From Octopus sinensis (lineage: Eukaryota), in contig NW_021835241.1 in assembly GCF_006345805.1 (NCBI RefSeq), forward strand, positions 1 to 41,740: a stretch of DNA of 41,740 nt, written 5' to 3'. A program made the position numbers and the translations under genes. Below, in pieces: positions 10,769 through 22,535 of this stretch (the first letter of the stretch is position 1; each line of letters begins with the position of its first letter). A model generated the notes under the pieces. It ran no database searches. It had not been told where the DNA came from and saw only the letters and a list, made by a program, of their open reading frames with translations.

Positions 10769-11509
10769 TATAAATGAATAATAGTAATAATGTAGGTGTA
10801 CGCTTATTTCGTGACTATGATATAATTGAAGCGATATAATTTCTACTTAGAAATAATTCCATACTAAAAAATTCAGTTTGAATATCAATTAGTCGTTTTA
10901 TGTAAAGTCTTTGTAATTAAAACAGGAAAAAGGAAATATAATTTTATATTACGGTAAACATCAAAGCAAAATAATCAGAATGTGGGGACAGAATGGGTGT
11001 ACACCCACATTTACTCACCCACACGTACACGTGCATTTTATGAACACAATTTTGTTTGTAAAATGGTGTTACGCATCGTATGTTGCTACAGTTTCTTTGG
11101 TGGCATTTAAGGGTTACTTAAATTGCAAACACATGTTAGACATAAAAGAGCTTACCGCCAGATTAAAGCTATGTAATTCGTTCCACCTATCTTTATGCAG
11201 GTATATAAATTTGAATCATCTTGGTATGTAGGGAACCGTGGAGAGCTACAATTAAGAGGTACGTTAAAAATTAATGAAAAGAAAATTTCGTTAAAACGTG
11301 GTTAATATTAATGGTGCAATTCGTTGCCTAATCCGTTGCCTGGATTTTACGATTATTACCATAAAGCTCTAACAACTAGGACCTGCCTCTTCGCTTTCAG
11401 GATGCATATAAATAATACGTTTTAACACTTAGATGTAATTTAACTGATCTTGATCTCTGAACACACATGTTTTTACAAGAGCAAACGTGATACCTAAAAT
11501 ACTTTAAAA

Positions 11510-11705
11510 TTATGGTCTCAAATTTTAGCACAAGCCATTGAGTGTAAAGGAAGTACATAAAGTGATTACATCGAACCCTGTGCTCAACTTGTACTTATTA
11601 TATCAACCCCGAAATTATGAAAGGCAAAGTTGACTTTTGTGGAGTTTGATCCCAGAAGGTAAAGGCGGACGAAATGCTGCGGTAACGATTCTGCCAGATC
11701 CTCAC
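11510..11705 (-). mobile_element. Degenerate SINE family B
   Basis: CAAATTTTAGCACAAG tail, ATCAACCCCGAAATTATGAAAGGCAAAGTTGAC core, ACGATTCTGCCAG head. Confidence 0.75.
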
Positions 11706-12545
11706 ATTAAAAAGTATTTTATATAATAAAAAAAAAATATATATGTGACAGCTGCTTTACAATCAAATATATAAGTCTATGAGCCTATGTCGGAGTCTCT
11801 ACGTGTTTAATCTCCGGTTGAGAATGACATCAAAACTACACGCTTATCACATTCCAACATTTTAGAAAAGGAGATGAGCATCGGTCTCGCTGAAGTGCAC
11901 TAAGACGGTTAAGTAATTTAAAGAATCCTCAAATTGTATTGCCATTAACGTTGATAGCGGCTTTAAATGTCTTACTACGCACATATACGTACGCGCCTGT
12001 ACTTGTCCACGAATGAATTACATTGCAATTTGCTATTTACAGCCGCGGAACAGTGGAAATCGATTTCAGTAGGTATTAAGAAAAATTGTCGATGCAGATA
12101 TCATTGAATTTTTCTTCCACCTGCATATAAGCTTCGTTCCAGAGAACGGAAATGAGATATGGTGAGTTACAAGCAAATAATCCTATACAGAATAAAAAAA
12201 TTAGAACACGAACAGGGTGGGTGGAAATTTAATTTTAAACCGTGTTACGAATTTGCTTCATCGAGTTGTTATACTCATTGTAAAGCACTAAACATCAATT
12301 ATAATTATAAATGAAATAGAGTAATGAAAAATGAAAAATTAAACAACAGAAATCAATTATGAAAATGGACAACTATCACCATAATTTCACTGGAAAAAAT
12401 TGTAAATATGAAATTTAAAAAGTATTTTAAAAATCCTAAGATGATAAAATTATATTCAACAATAGAAATCATAAAGTGCAACAATATTGAGAATAATTCT
12501 TTCTTTATAATTTTATTTATTCATCATCATATTGTTATTTTCACG

Positions 12546-12602
<57 letters not shown>

Positions 12603-13099
12603 AAAAATAGTAATAATAATATAATTAAACAGAGGATGCTTGATGCTCTCTATGGTGATAATTAATTTAAATTGTTTGTAAATCATCTTCTTTAGAAACT
12701 AGTTATGGACTGCATTTTTTTCCCCTGTTGTAGCGTTATATTTTGTGTGTATACGAGTGCGTGAGCGTACATATTTCTTATAATTCTATTCCATTGTGTA
12801 TGGTCGTTATTTATTTATTTATTACTGTGATATAATTACAGCCTTGTTGACGCTTCGTTAATTTATCCCCTATTAACAACAGGAAACAAGTGCTCAACAA
12901 TCTGCAACCAATCAGTAATATATCATAGTCCGCGCCGCCACACCCAACATTCACACTAATGAAAGAAGGAGAAGATAAAATGCAACAAGTTTTTATATTT
13001 CTTAATCGGCCCACTAACTTTTTTTTATGTGTTTCTTCAATTACAGCAACGTCGACATCAATGACGACCACTAAGTCTACCACGAGTAACGCCATTACT

Positions 13100-13560
13100 A
13101 ATATTCTCTTCCTTCTACCCCACCACAACCACAGCCAGCTCCTTCTCCTTCCCAACCCTTCGTTCTCCTTTTCCACCACCTTTTCCTTCTCCACCTCTTT
13201 CTCCTCTACCTTCATCTACTCCTTTCCCTCAATTCTTCTCCCGGTTCTCAATCACCTCCACCTTCTCCTCCTGTTTCTTCTCTTTCTCCAGCACTAAATT
13301 TCCATCCCACCTCCCCATCATCCTCTTCTTCCCACTCCTCCACATCATCATCATCATCGCTTTCAGCATTCTCATCGTGGTCATCACTCACGTTGCCGTC
13401 TCCATTGTCGCCACCGCCGCCTGAAACATGATGATGATCATCATCATCATCCTCATCATCAGCAGCAGCATCATCGTCATCGTCATCATTATCATCGGCG
13501 TCATCGTAGTCGTCATCATCATCATCACCATCATCCTCATCAAGGCCTTTACTGGTGTCA
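13100..13560. repeat. Low-complexity (CCT)n/(CAC)n/(CAT)n region
   Basis: Direct reading; it generates the poly-D, poly-I and poly-H ORFs in the track. Confidence 0.85.
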
Positions 13561-14174
13561 TTGTTGTTGGCAACAAGTACTTCCACCATAAGGATAATAA
13601 AAATATGCATCATGATATCGATATTCGCTACAAAAAAAAAAAGACGTTCTTTTACCACAACTTCCAAATAATTAATAATCGTGTGTCTCAATTACAAACC
13701 TATAATAAAATATTTACTCATAGCAGTGGCTGCTCTCTTCGACGCTATAATTCACTGCTACATGTTAGATAAAAAAAATGCCCTTCTTTCTAGTCGTTTG
13801 ACTGGCTAGAAAATAGCTGAGAAATCTTAAAATCACATAGTGTGCAACATGGGAAGAACACCTTGAATAACATTCTTAGATGCACCTTTGGAGTAACTTT
13901 GATTACAAGTGTCTCTTATCTGAATTTTTCTAATGCTAAAATACAATAACCACACCATGTTCACTACCATTACAGGAAAGAATATCAACCATCTTTCGTG
14001 GTCTGCTACCACAACAGCTCCTTTATAGGATCAGGTTAGCTCAATACACCATCAGGAGGAACCACGTCCGGTTTAGGCCCCTACTCCTCTACCGTTTTGA
14101 CGTTGGACTCCCCCTCCACATTTGGAGGTGTCTTCAGCTCTGGTGTTGGGTGCATTTCTTCTTTCTTCTGTTCT

Positions 14175-14310
14175 CTGGCCTCTTCGATGTAGTGTCAACG
14201 AGTGTCAGCGGGCGACTGACTGACTTGTCAAATTTTTTCCCTTTAAAATAAAAAACAACAACAACAAAAATACTTTGACAAGTCAGTTGACGCTACATCG
14301 AAGAGGCCAG
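14175..14310. repeat. Inverted repeat (MITE-like fold-back)
   Basis: 14274-14310 is the reverse complement of 14175-14198 plus 14220-14232, with 1 mismatch; the left arm carries a 21-nt insertion. Confidence 0.9.
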
Positions 14311-14734
14311 ATAACTGTTTATCTAATCAGAGATTTCCACTTCGAATGAATACGAACTGGTAAATAAACCGGGTCCAAATTTATCTCGAAGCAACATCTC
14401 ATTATACATGTAATTTCACTTTTAAATTGTTAAACTGCGAATAAGAGTCAGGCGGTCAGCTGGGAGAATCGTTACCATTTAGTGGGTAAATGCGTAGTGT
14501 CATGTCTTCTCACTGTACATTCAGAGTTCAAATACATCATGCTCCAAAATTGTTGGTCTTAAATAAATAATCACCGAACGCTGACTTTTAGAGAAGACTT
14601 TGTAGCTATGTTCACTGTAAAACAACTCTTAAATGAACTTTCTCATTCCGGGCTGGTGATGCACATGGAAATAGTTCTCATACCAATAGGTGAAGAATTA
14701 TAACGATATTGACTGCAAATTTTGGCAGAAGTCC

Positions 14735-15005
14735 TTCTTCTTCTTCATCTTCTTTTTCCTTCTTCTTCTTCTGCTTCTTCTTCTTCATCTTTTTCCTTCT
14801 TTTTCCTTCTTTTTCCTTCTTCTTTCTTCTTATTTCTTCTTCTTTTTCCTTCTTCTTTCTTCTTCTTTTTCTTCTTCTTCTTCTTTTTCCTTCTTCTTCT
14901 TTTTCTTCTTCTTCTTTTTCTTCTTTTTCCTTCTTCTTCTTTTTCTTTCTTCTTCTTTTTCCTTCTTCTTCTTTTTCTTTCTTCTTCTTCTTCTTCTTCT
15001 TCTCT
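14735..15005. repeat. Long imperfect (CTT)n polypyrimidine tract
   Basis: Direct reading. Confidence 0.95.
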
Positions 15006-15008
15006 TTC

Positions 15009-15099
<91 letters not shown>
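15009..15099. repeat. (CTAT)n / GATA tetranucleotide microsatellite
   Basis: Direct reading. Confidence 0.95.
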
Positions 15100-15100
<1 letters not shown>

Positions 15101-16289
15101 GTGTGACTGCCTCTCTGTCTCTGTATACACGTACAGTTATTTCGTATTTATAAAATCACATACAGGCCAATCAGTCTTCTAGCTGTGATGACTCTGCCAT
15201 ATTAGCTGAGAGATTTCATTTGTTTAGGTGAGAGGCAAATAATTGGTTTCCTGAATCTTTCGCGATCTTTCTCTAAGAAAGGAACAACGTGCAGTTTTAT
15301 TCAAGGCTTAAATGATTTATTTATATGCCCGAAAAGAAAAAAAAAACATGAATTTTTATTAACAGCTTATATTTATTTTTTCTTCTGGTCATGAATTATT
15401 TTAGGAAAGTCCATAAATTTGAATTACCTATTCCAAATTAGGTAAAAAAGAAATATTCTAAATATATTACAAAGGGAAAATGAAACAAAGAAAAATTAGC
15501 ATTACAACTACTAACTGTAACAGATATGATTCTTTTTTTTACATAAAGGTGTTATTAATATGTCCTGTGTCCTTATATTACAAGACTGGATAATGATAAT
15601 AACAGAGCTCGATGTTTTATTTATATAAAAATGCTGTTTTGCTATTGGCGTAGCTGCCAGACAAAATAAAGAAAATTTGAGAAGCCTTTCCTCATACAAA
15701 TAGAACGTAGAGAGATATACTTTTTATAGATGTATTTAACGTTTACTTTACAGGTGAAATTTAGTCGAAACTGACATACTGTAAGACATTTTAAAGAGTA
15801 TAGGTGACAATTGTGAATTGCACAAGTCACAACCTTTTCTTTAAGTGTTATATTGCCGCCGGCCGTCCGTCTGTAAGTCAACGTTGACAGTTTTGTTCTC
15901 TCAACAAAATGCAGTTGGTGTTGTCTTCCCACAAAAGGTAACAAGTGGTACACAAGAATGCAACGAGCACGCCCGACAATGTGGCTGAAGCGCAGTAGTA
16001 ACTCGCTTCATGACGCCTGAGCATTATCTAATGGTACAAGTCTTTTCCATGGCAGCAACAAACCTGAAGCGGTTGCTCAAGGACTTCTCCGTAGTGTCAG
16101 TCATACAACGTCCTGCTCCCAACATATTCACCTTATCACAGGCACGGGAAGCAAAAGGGTTGCAAGGAATTACCCAAGCTGCGACCTCAGTCTACGGATG
16201 AAAGTGTCAACTTACTCTCACTCCCCTTTACGGCTGTCGTCAATATGTCAATAACTCAATGAGAACAATATATAATAAATCTATATATA

Positions 16290-16520
16290 TATTTCTTTAT
16301 TGCCCACAAGGGGCTAAACATAGAGGGGACAAACAAGGACAGACAAGGGGATTAAGTCGATTACATCAACCCCAGTGCGAAACTGGTACTTTATTTATCG
16401 CCCCCGAAAGGATGAAAGGTAAAGTCGACCTCGGCGGAATTTGAACTCAGAACATAACGACAGACGAAATACCGCTAAGCATTTCGCCCGGTGCGCTAAC
16501 GAGTCTGCCAACGCCGCCTT
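16290..16520 (-). mobile_element. Full-length SINE family B with 15-bp target-site duplication
   Basis: On the minus strand: tRNA-like head (TGGCAGACTCG, GAGTTCAAATTCC), core GGTCGACTTTACCTTTCATCCTTTCGGGGGCGATAAATAAAGTACC, tail GTGGGCAATAAAGAAAT. Direct repeat ATAAATCTATATATA at 16275-16289 and 16521-16535. From memory the core resembles the Meta domain of MetaSINEs; unverified. Confidence 0.93.
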
Positions 16521-16796
16521 ATAAATCTATATATAGTAATAGGTATGCAGTACAGTATGTATACTGTAAATAAAACAGACTCCTGAGACGTCTTCCTCTG
16601 AGAAACAAGCGGTAACCATCTTATGAGCTTCTTTCCAGTTTTATTCTGCTGAATTTCTCTCAGAAAACAGGGATTACTTATAATTCCCTAAAATGCCGTA
16701 CTACAAGAATGTATTATATCAGATAATCGCATAAAAACGAAACATACTTTAATCCGGTCAGTGATTAATGGTTATTAGTGGCTCTTAACTTGCGTG

Positions 16797-16863
<67 letters not shown>

Positions 16864-16874
16864 ATATATTAATA

Positions 16875-17070
16875 AATATAAGGGTAGCAAAAAATTCTAG
16901 AAAAAATTCTCCGCTAGTAGCGGTCCAGTGAGAATGAAAAGATAGTCAAAGACTACATAATATATATTCAAAAATATAAGGAATGGCCATAATAGGACAT
17001 TCGACTCACTAGAAAGAGCAGCCAAACTCAAACCGCTATTAGCAGTTTGAGTTTGGCTGCTCTTTCTAGT
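16875..17070. mobile_element. (TA)n-flanked interspersed repeat ending in a 63-bp palindrome; possibly Penelope-like terminal repeat
   Basis: (TA)n at ~16800-16870 and from 17070; palindrome at 17008-17070; degenerate hammerhead-like motif at 16895-16935 on the minus strand. The family assignment is inference. Confidence 0.5.
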
Positions 17071-17934
17071 ATATATATATATATATATGTGTGTTTGTGT
17101 GGCGCGTGTATGTCTGCGTGTGTATATATTAGATGAATATCCCGTCGTTGTGGGGAGATTTTTTATTAAAGTGTTATATAAATGTTTGGTTATTCCATGT
17201 CAGACGATGCCTTCACAGACAGATAGGCTTTTAATTGGTACAGATTGGTACAGATTTGAGACACACACACACTGAAACACATACTCACACATACACACAT
17301 GCATACATACGCGCACGTTTACAAACGTACCACAGGTTATCACGAGTTTAAAATGGTGTATAGTAGACATATGTATGTATGTGTGTGTACGTGCGTGAAT
17401 AATTCTTTGCGATGAACACAGAAAAGTCACCTAAACCTTTCTCCTTAAAGCTACGTATTCCTCACACCCGCCTTTCTTTCCCTTCGTTGACGTTTTAAAA
17501 GTTAGTTGTGTGTATGTGCATGTGTAGCATGTGTGTAGCGTGTGTGTATGGATGTAACTGTGTATTTACGAAAGTACGTATGCAATGTCGCATGTACATC
17601 CATGAAACACAGGTATATTAACGTTACAACCCACTGCCACTCCAATTTTTTGTCACTTACACAACGTTGCCCTCCCCGGTCCTCCTGATATCAGCTACTC
17701 ATTATGCCATCCTATTTCCCTCACACTTACACTTTTTACTCCATTCTCCTTTTATCAAATAATATCCCAACCGTTTGTAGTTACTTATTGGAAGTCGGAA
17801 ATTAGCCTATAATTCAACTGGATTTTACTTTAACCTGCATGCAAAGTTTCTGAAATATTCGTGCAGTGGTGTAGGCAGCAAGATGGTAACTGACAGACAG
17901 ACAGACAGAAATTGCCATTTATGTGAGTGTGTGT

Positions 17935-18130
17935 GTGTGTGTCTGTATTTGTCCCTCACATAGCTACTTGACAACCAGTGTTGGCATTTTTACGTCCCCA
18001 TCACAAAGCGGTACCAGATTTTAAAACAATAAGTACTGGGGTCTATACATTCGGCTAAATATTCAAAGCCGTGCCCCAGCATGGCCGCCGCATAATGACT
18101 GAAACAGGTAAAATATGAAGGATAAAAGAC
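17935..18130 (+). mobile_element. SINE family A 3' half, degenerate
   Basis: (TG)n-TTTGTCCC...TTGACAACC...AAGTACTGGGGTC...GCCGTGCCCCAGCATGGCC...ATGACTGAAACAGGTAAAA. Confidence 0.8.
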
Positions 18131-18241
18131 AGACACACACTCACACATACACACACAGACATATGCATGTATGGATGAATATATGTTTTTTGTATTTATA
18201 AATGTATAAAAATATGCATGCATAAATGTATACTCCTCCCC

Positions 18242-18284
<43 letters not shown>

Positions 18285-18957
18285 CTATACACACATATAC
18301 ATGCACATGAATGTATCCATGTGTGTACGTGTGCGTGTTTCCATTAACAAAAATAATAACCGCATCTAAATTACACGTGATATTTATAAACAAAACCTGT
18401 AATTGTCTCATGTTACGTAGAATTAATAGAAATCAATTCATTGAAGGAAGACGTTGGTTTCTATTATTTTCTCTTCCTTAAATCTGAGGTACGGTTCAAT
18501 TCAACAGTCAGCTGTGTACCTAATCTTTGGATGTGATAGCTATCATATTTCGAACTTATTTCGAAAATGTTGTATATTTTCGTAAATTCTGGGATTGAAG
18601 AACCAAGCAATTTCGCGTCACAAATGGAAGATTACTTCAGAAAGTGAAAAATACTGAATAATCGACGTCATCTTAAATATTGTTTCCATTACTATATAAA
18701 CCGTAATTTTCAAATGATGATTAGATTGAAAATTAGATTGTATTAGAAAAATAAATGTAATAACCATAACTGATATCCTCTAAAAAGTGTTATTGCATTT
18801 TAGCTAACGTAATGAAAATTATAATTTAATCTTATAACAATAGAATGAGAAGCTAAATTGGAAATTAAATTCTGTCGAATGAGAAAAATGTGAATGTTCA
18901 GTTTAGATTGCAACAGTAATTTCATGTTATATAAATGCCAATGTCACTAGTTAAGTT

Positions 18958-19263
18958 CTATTGAGCATTGCCAAAGCGAAATGCGTTTATTGGAAAACGG
19001 TGAAACAACAACATTAATAACAGAATAACCAAAAATAATGGCCCCCCCAAAATGGATCCGGTTCTGTAAGGAGAGGAACATATGATGGAAGAAATTGGTT
19101 CTATTGACGCAGTATTGACCTCCGAGGACAGATGTTCTGAAGACGGACTGATATGATTAAAGTCATTTTCTTTGGGAATCGAAATACTTGTGTCAGCTTC
19201 AATGGAATTCAATAGTATTATATTACAATCTTGAATGTATTCTAGTGTCTGTGACGTTGTCAT
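18958..19263 (-). CDS. Candidate 101-aa ORF: Ser/Thr-rich N-terminus plus one hydrophobic segment; unverified
   Basis: ATG-to-TAG ORF in non-repetitive sequence; T-rich tract ending TGTAG 30 nt upstream of the ATG (AG at 19295-19294); in-frame TAA two codons before the ATG. No recognised domain. Confidence 0.25.
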   Translation of the reverse strand: MTTSQTLEYIQDCNIILLNSIEADTSISIPKENDFNHISPSSEHLSSEVNTASIEPISSIICSSPYRTGSILGGPLFLVILLLMLLFHRFPINAFRFGNAQ

Positions 19264-20436
19264 TAATTAAACGCGTTCCCTGGAGTCTGGAGTCTACACA
19301 ATGATTGAATAAAATATAAATAAAAAATACAAAGCAAAAACTAAAGCAAAGGTTACAATGAGAGAGTGATGCATTAGAAGTAATAGAAAATGAAGGAGAG
19401 ATAACGAGAGGAAAGAGAAAATGACATATACATGCATATATATATATATATATATATCACAAAAGATCGAATATATCTCCACATGTCTGTGTGTATCTCT
19501 GTGTGGGAGTATATATGTATGTATGAGTATGTATGTATGTGTGTTTGTTTGTATGTGTGTATGCATGAGTGCGCGATATTGAGAGGTAGACAAATAGAGA
19601 GGCAGATAGAGATCGTGGATTTATTTGAAAAGGAAAGACAAAGTTTGCCTTCTCAACCTTTGTATGCGCGGGTGTGACGGTATGCATATGTATATTTGCA
19701 TGTGTGTTAAGTCACTGTGTGTGCCTGTGTGTGGTTGTGTGTGAATTCGTATGTGTGTGTCGGAGAATTATTTGGACAGGAAGAAAAAAGTGGAAGGTAG
19801 TTGAGGATAGTAGAACAGATGAAAACTCCGATAATAATTATGACGATAATAATGAATAAACGTATCATTACAAAAACAACACAAATCCAAATGAAGAAGA
19901 AACGAAATATATAAGAAATGTAAGAAAATACACCAACAGAGCTGTGTAAAACAATAACGAATATAGATATTGTGATTCATATAATGGAATATCATTTTAT
20001 CTATTTATATTCAGTATCAGTGTCGTGAAGGACGGCACAAAAGATATTAGAATAAAGAAATGGCGAAAAAAATATGTATATCTATACCGAAACAGTAGAG
20101 CGTTATCAGGCATCTCCACAAGATAGCCACGAAATGGCGTCTAACTTCATATAAACGTTCTGTTGTTGAGTTTCTTACTCATATTCCTCAAGTCGTTAGG
20201 CAATTATACGTGCATACTGGCGCACAAGCATATATGCATGCACATATACTCCCCCACTCTTACAAACACTCGTAAACACACACACACATATATGCATGCA
20301 TAGATGCATATGTACGCATGTATGTACAAGCATTCAGGCACATACATTCTTATTCACATGTGTATCTATTTATACATCAATATTTTTTCGGTTTCGTATC
20401 CATTTATGTGTAAATATATATACATACATACACATA

Positions 20437-20472
<36 letters not shown>

Positions 20473-20503
20473 CTGAGTGTATGTGTGTGTATGTATATAT
20501 ATA

Positions 20504-20526
20504 TCTTTCTTTCTCTCACTCTTTCA

Positions 20527-20580
<54 letters not shown>

Positions 20581-20603
20581 TGAAAGAGTGAGAGAAAGAA
20601 AGA
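20504..20603. repeat. Perfect 100-bp palindrome: 25-bp arms around (AT)25
   Basis: TCTTTCTTTCTCTCACTCTTTCAGC-(AT)25-GCTGAAAGAGTGAGAGAAAGAAAGA. Confidence 0.95.
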
Positions 20604-22107
20604 CAGAAAGAGAGAGTGAGAAAAAGTGAGAGAGGGGCGAATGTGTATGCAAAAAAAGAGAAGAAAATTAGAGAGAGACGGCAGAGCGAGATGACGGCTG
20701 TTAAATAGACATTCAGTAGCGATATGCCCTTCAGTACCCCTTTTGTCTATGTAATTATCTTGTTCTTTTTATGAGATGCGATTGTTCTGTGTCCTATTTC
20801 CATATCTATCTGATTCTTGGTAACATTTGAAATTGCTTTGTATTCTAACTCACGCCATGACCTATCCACTTCTAAATGATTATGCGTGCATATTGAATTA
20901 CACAATCAAAATACTAACTTTCAGTCCTGATAACACTGTTCATATTTTCTTTGTAGAAGTTTTATATGTGTAAAGGATAATACCAATTATATCTCAATGT
21001 GAAGATGTATTTAGTGTTCAGATTTTAAATTCTCGCTAAATATAATATAAATATAAATCCCAATACGTCACTGATATTTCCAACCACAACTTCCTCGTAG
21101 GTGGATGAAAAGCAGAGGCAACTTGAAAGAAATATGAATATAAAATATATATAGACAGAAAAATGTACCATAATGAATTCTAACTATAACCATCATTGTG
21201 AATTCTCAAAACAAATAATGTATTTGAATTTTGCTACAGAGTATATGTGCATTTTAATTCAATTCTTAAACACCATTAAGTATGAAAATGCCTAATGCTT
21301 TTACAAAAATTTTGAAACAGTATTGTTATTAGATAGAATGTAACTGAACTGAAGAGACATTACGGTATAGAAAATGACAGGAGCCATTGCATTCCCTCAA
21401 AGATAATATCAATCAATTTCCATTGATTTTTACATAAAATAGAAAGCCCGAGTTTTATTCATTCACCATCATGGAAAATAAACAAGACAAAGAAACAATG
21501 AATGAAAGTTTTGTTTGTATACAGGGATAAGAGACTACTACCGTACTGCAGACAGTAGTTAACAAAAGTCATAAGTTTGACTAATCCATGTCATAAGTTT
21601 ACATGAGATCTGGCACTTGAAGCAAACTATAAATATGGAGCGGCAAAGTGAAATTGTTCAGAACAGCACTAAGTAAATAGTTTTATTAAATGACGTTTTG
21701 TCCAGTTTCCCTCTGACTTACTATTCAAACTTTCTATTGTTTTATATCATTTGGTTGATATTAGCTACCAAATATTTTGTTGCATAGGGCAACATCATAC
21801 TTTCACTCCTATGTAATACGGTGACTGCTATTTTCCATAGTAGTTCTATTGAGTGTCATAAACAAGTGACAATTTATTTTGAGGGATTATTTTTCAAATA
21901 ATATCATCCTTTTGATTTTATTTGAGTGGTTTTCAAATGAATTCTTATAAAATTTAAAAATTTAATATGGACTTTCTATCTGAATGGACTATAATTTACA
22001 CAATTCTAAATGTATGTTGATCACTTATTTCTGTGAACGTAAATCGAATAACAGACAACTACAAAAAGTGAGATGTATTTCTATCCATTTGGGTTATTAT
22101 GATTGTT

Positions 22108-22300
22108 GAGGCGGTGGTCTGGGAGTATGCTTAGCACGTCAGACAAAATGCTTTGCGATATTTTTTTCCAGATTTACTTTGTGAGTTACAATTGCCTTGA
22201 ATACGACTTTGTCTTTCATCTTTTCGGAATCGATGAGTTAAGTACCAGTTGAGCAGAGGGTAGTCAATGTAATCGACTATCACGCTCCCCCATACATTCA
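22108..22300 (+). mobile_element. Degenerate SINE family B
   Basis: GAGGCGGTGG head, CGACTTTGTCTTTCATCTTTTCGGAATCGATGAGTTAAGTACCAG core. Confidence 0.75.
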
Positions 22301-22369
22301 TGCATTATATTTACACAAGAACGGATTATAACTTCTAAGACAGTTATAAATCTGTGCGTATGTGCGTGT

Positions 22370-22535
22370 GGGTGTGTATGTTTGTGTGTCCTTCGGTTTG
22401 TGCTTGTCTCTTAACACCGTTTAGCAACCGATGTAGCTCTTTTTTTTACCTCCGTATGAGTACTGAGATCGATTTTTTCGGCTATACCCGGTGCTCCAGC
22501 TTAGTCGCAGCCTAATGACTCAAAGAGGTAAAAGA
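22370..22535 (+). mobile_element. Degenerate SINE family A 3' half
   Basis: GCAACCGATG...GAGTACTGAGATCGA...CCGGTGCTCCAGC...TAATGACTCAAAGAGGTAAAAG. Confidence 0.65.

Noticed and set aside
13248-13691. Acidic poly-Asp ORF resembling a biomineralisation or nucleolar protein
   Set aside because: It is the antisense reading of (CAT)n/(CCT)n repeats, with no non-repetitive domain or splice support.
14678-15182. Poly-Lys/Glu and poly-Phe/Ser ORFs
   Set aside because: They are (CTT)n and (CTAT)n translations.
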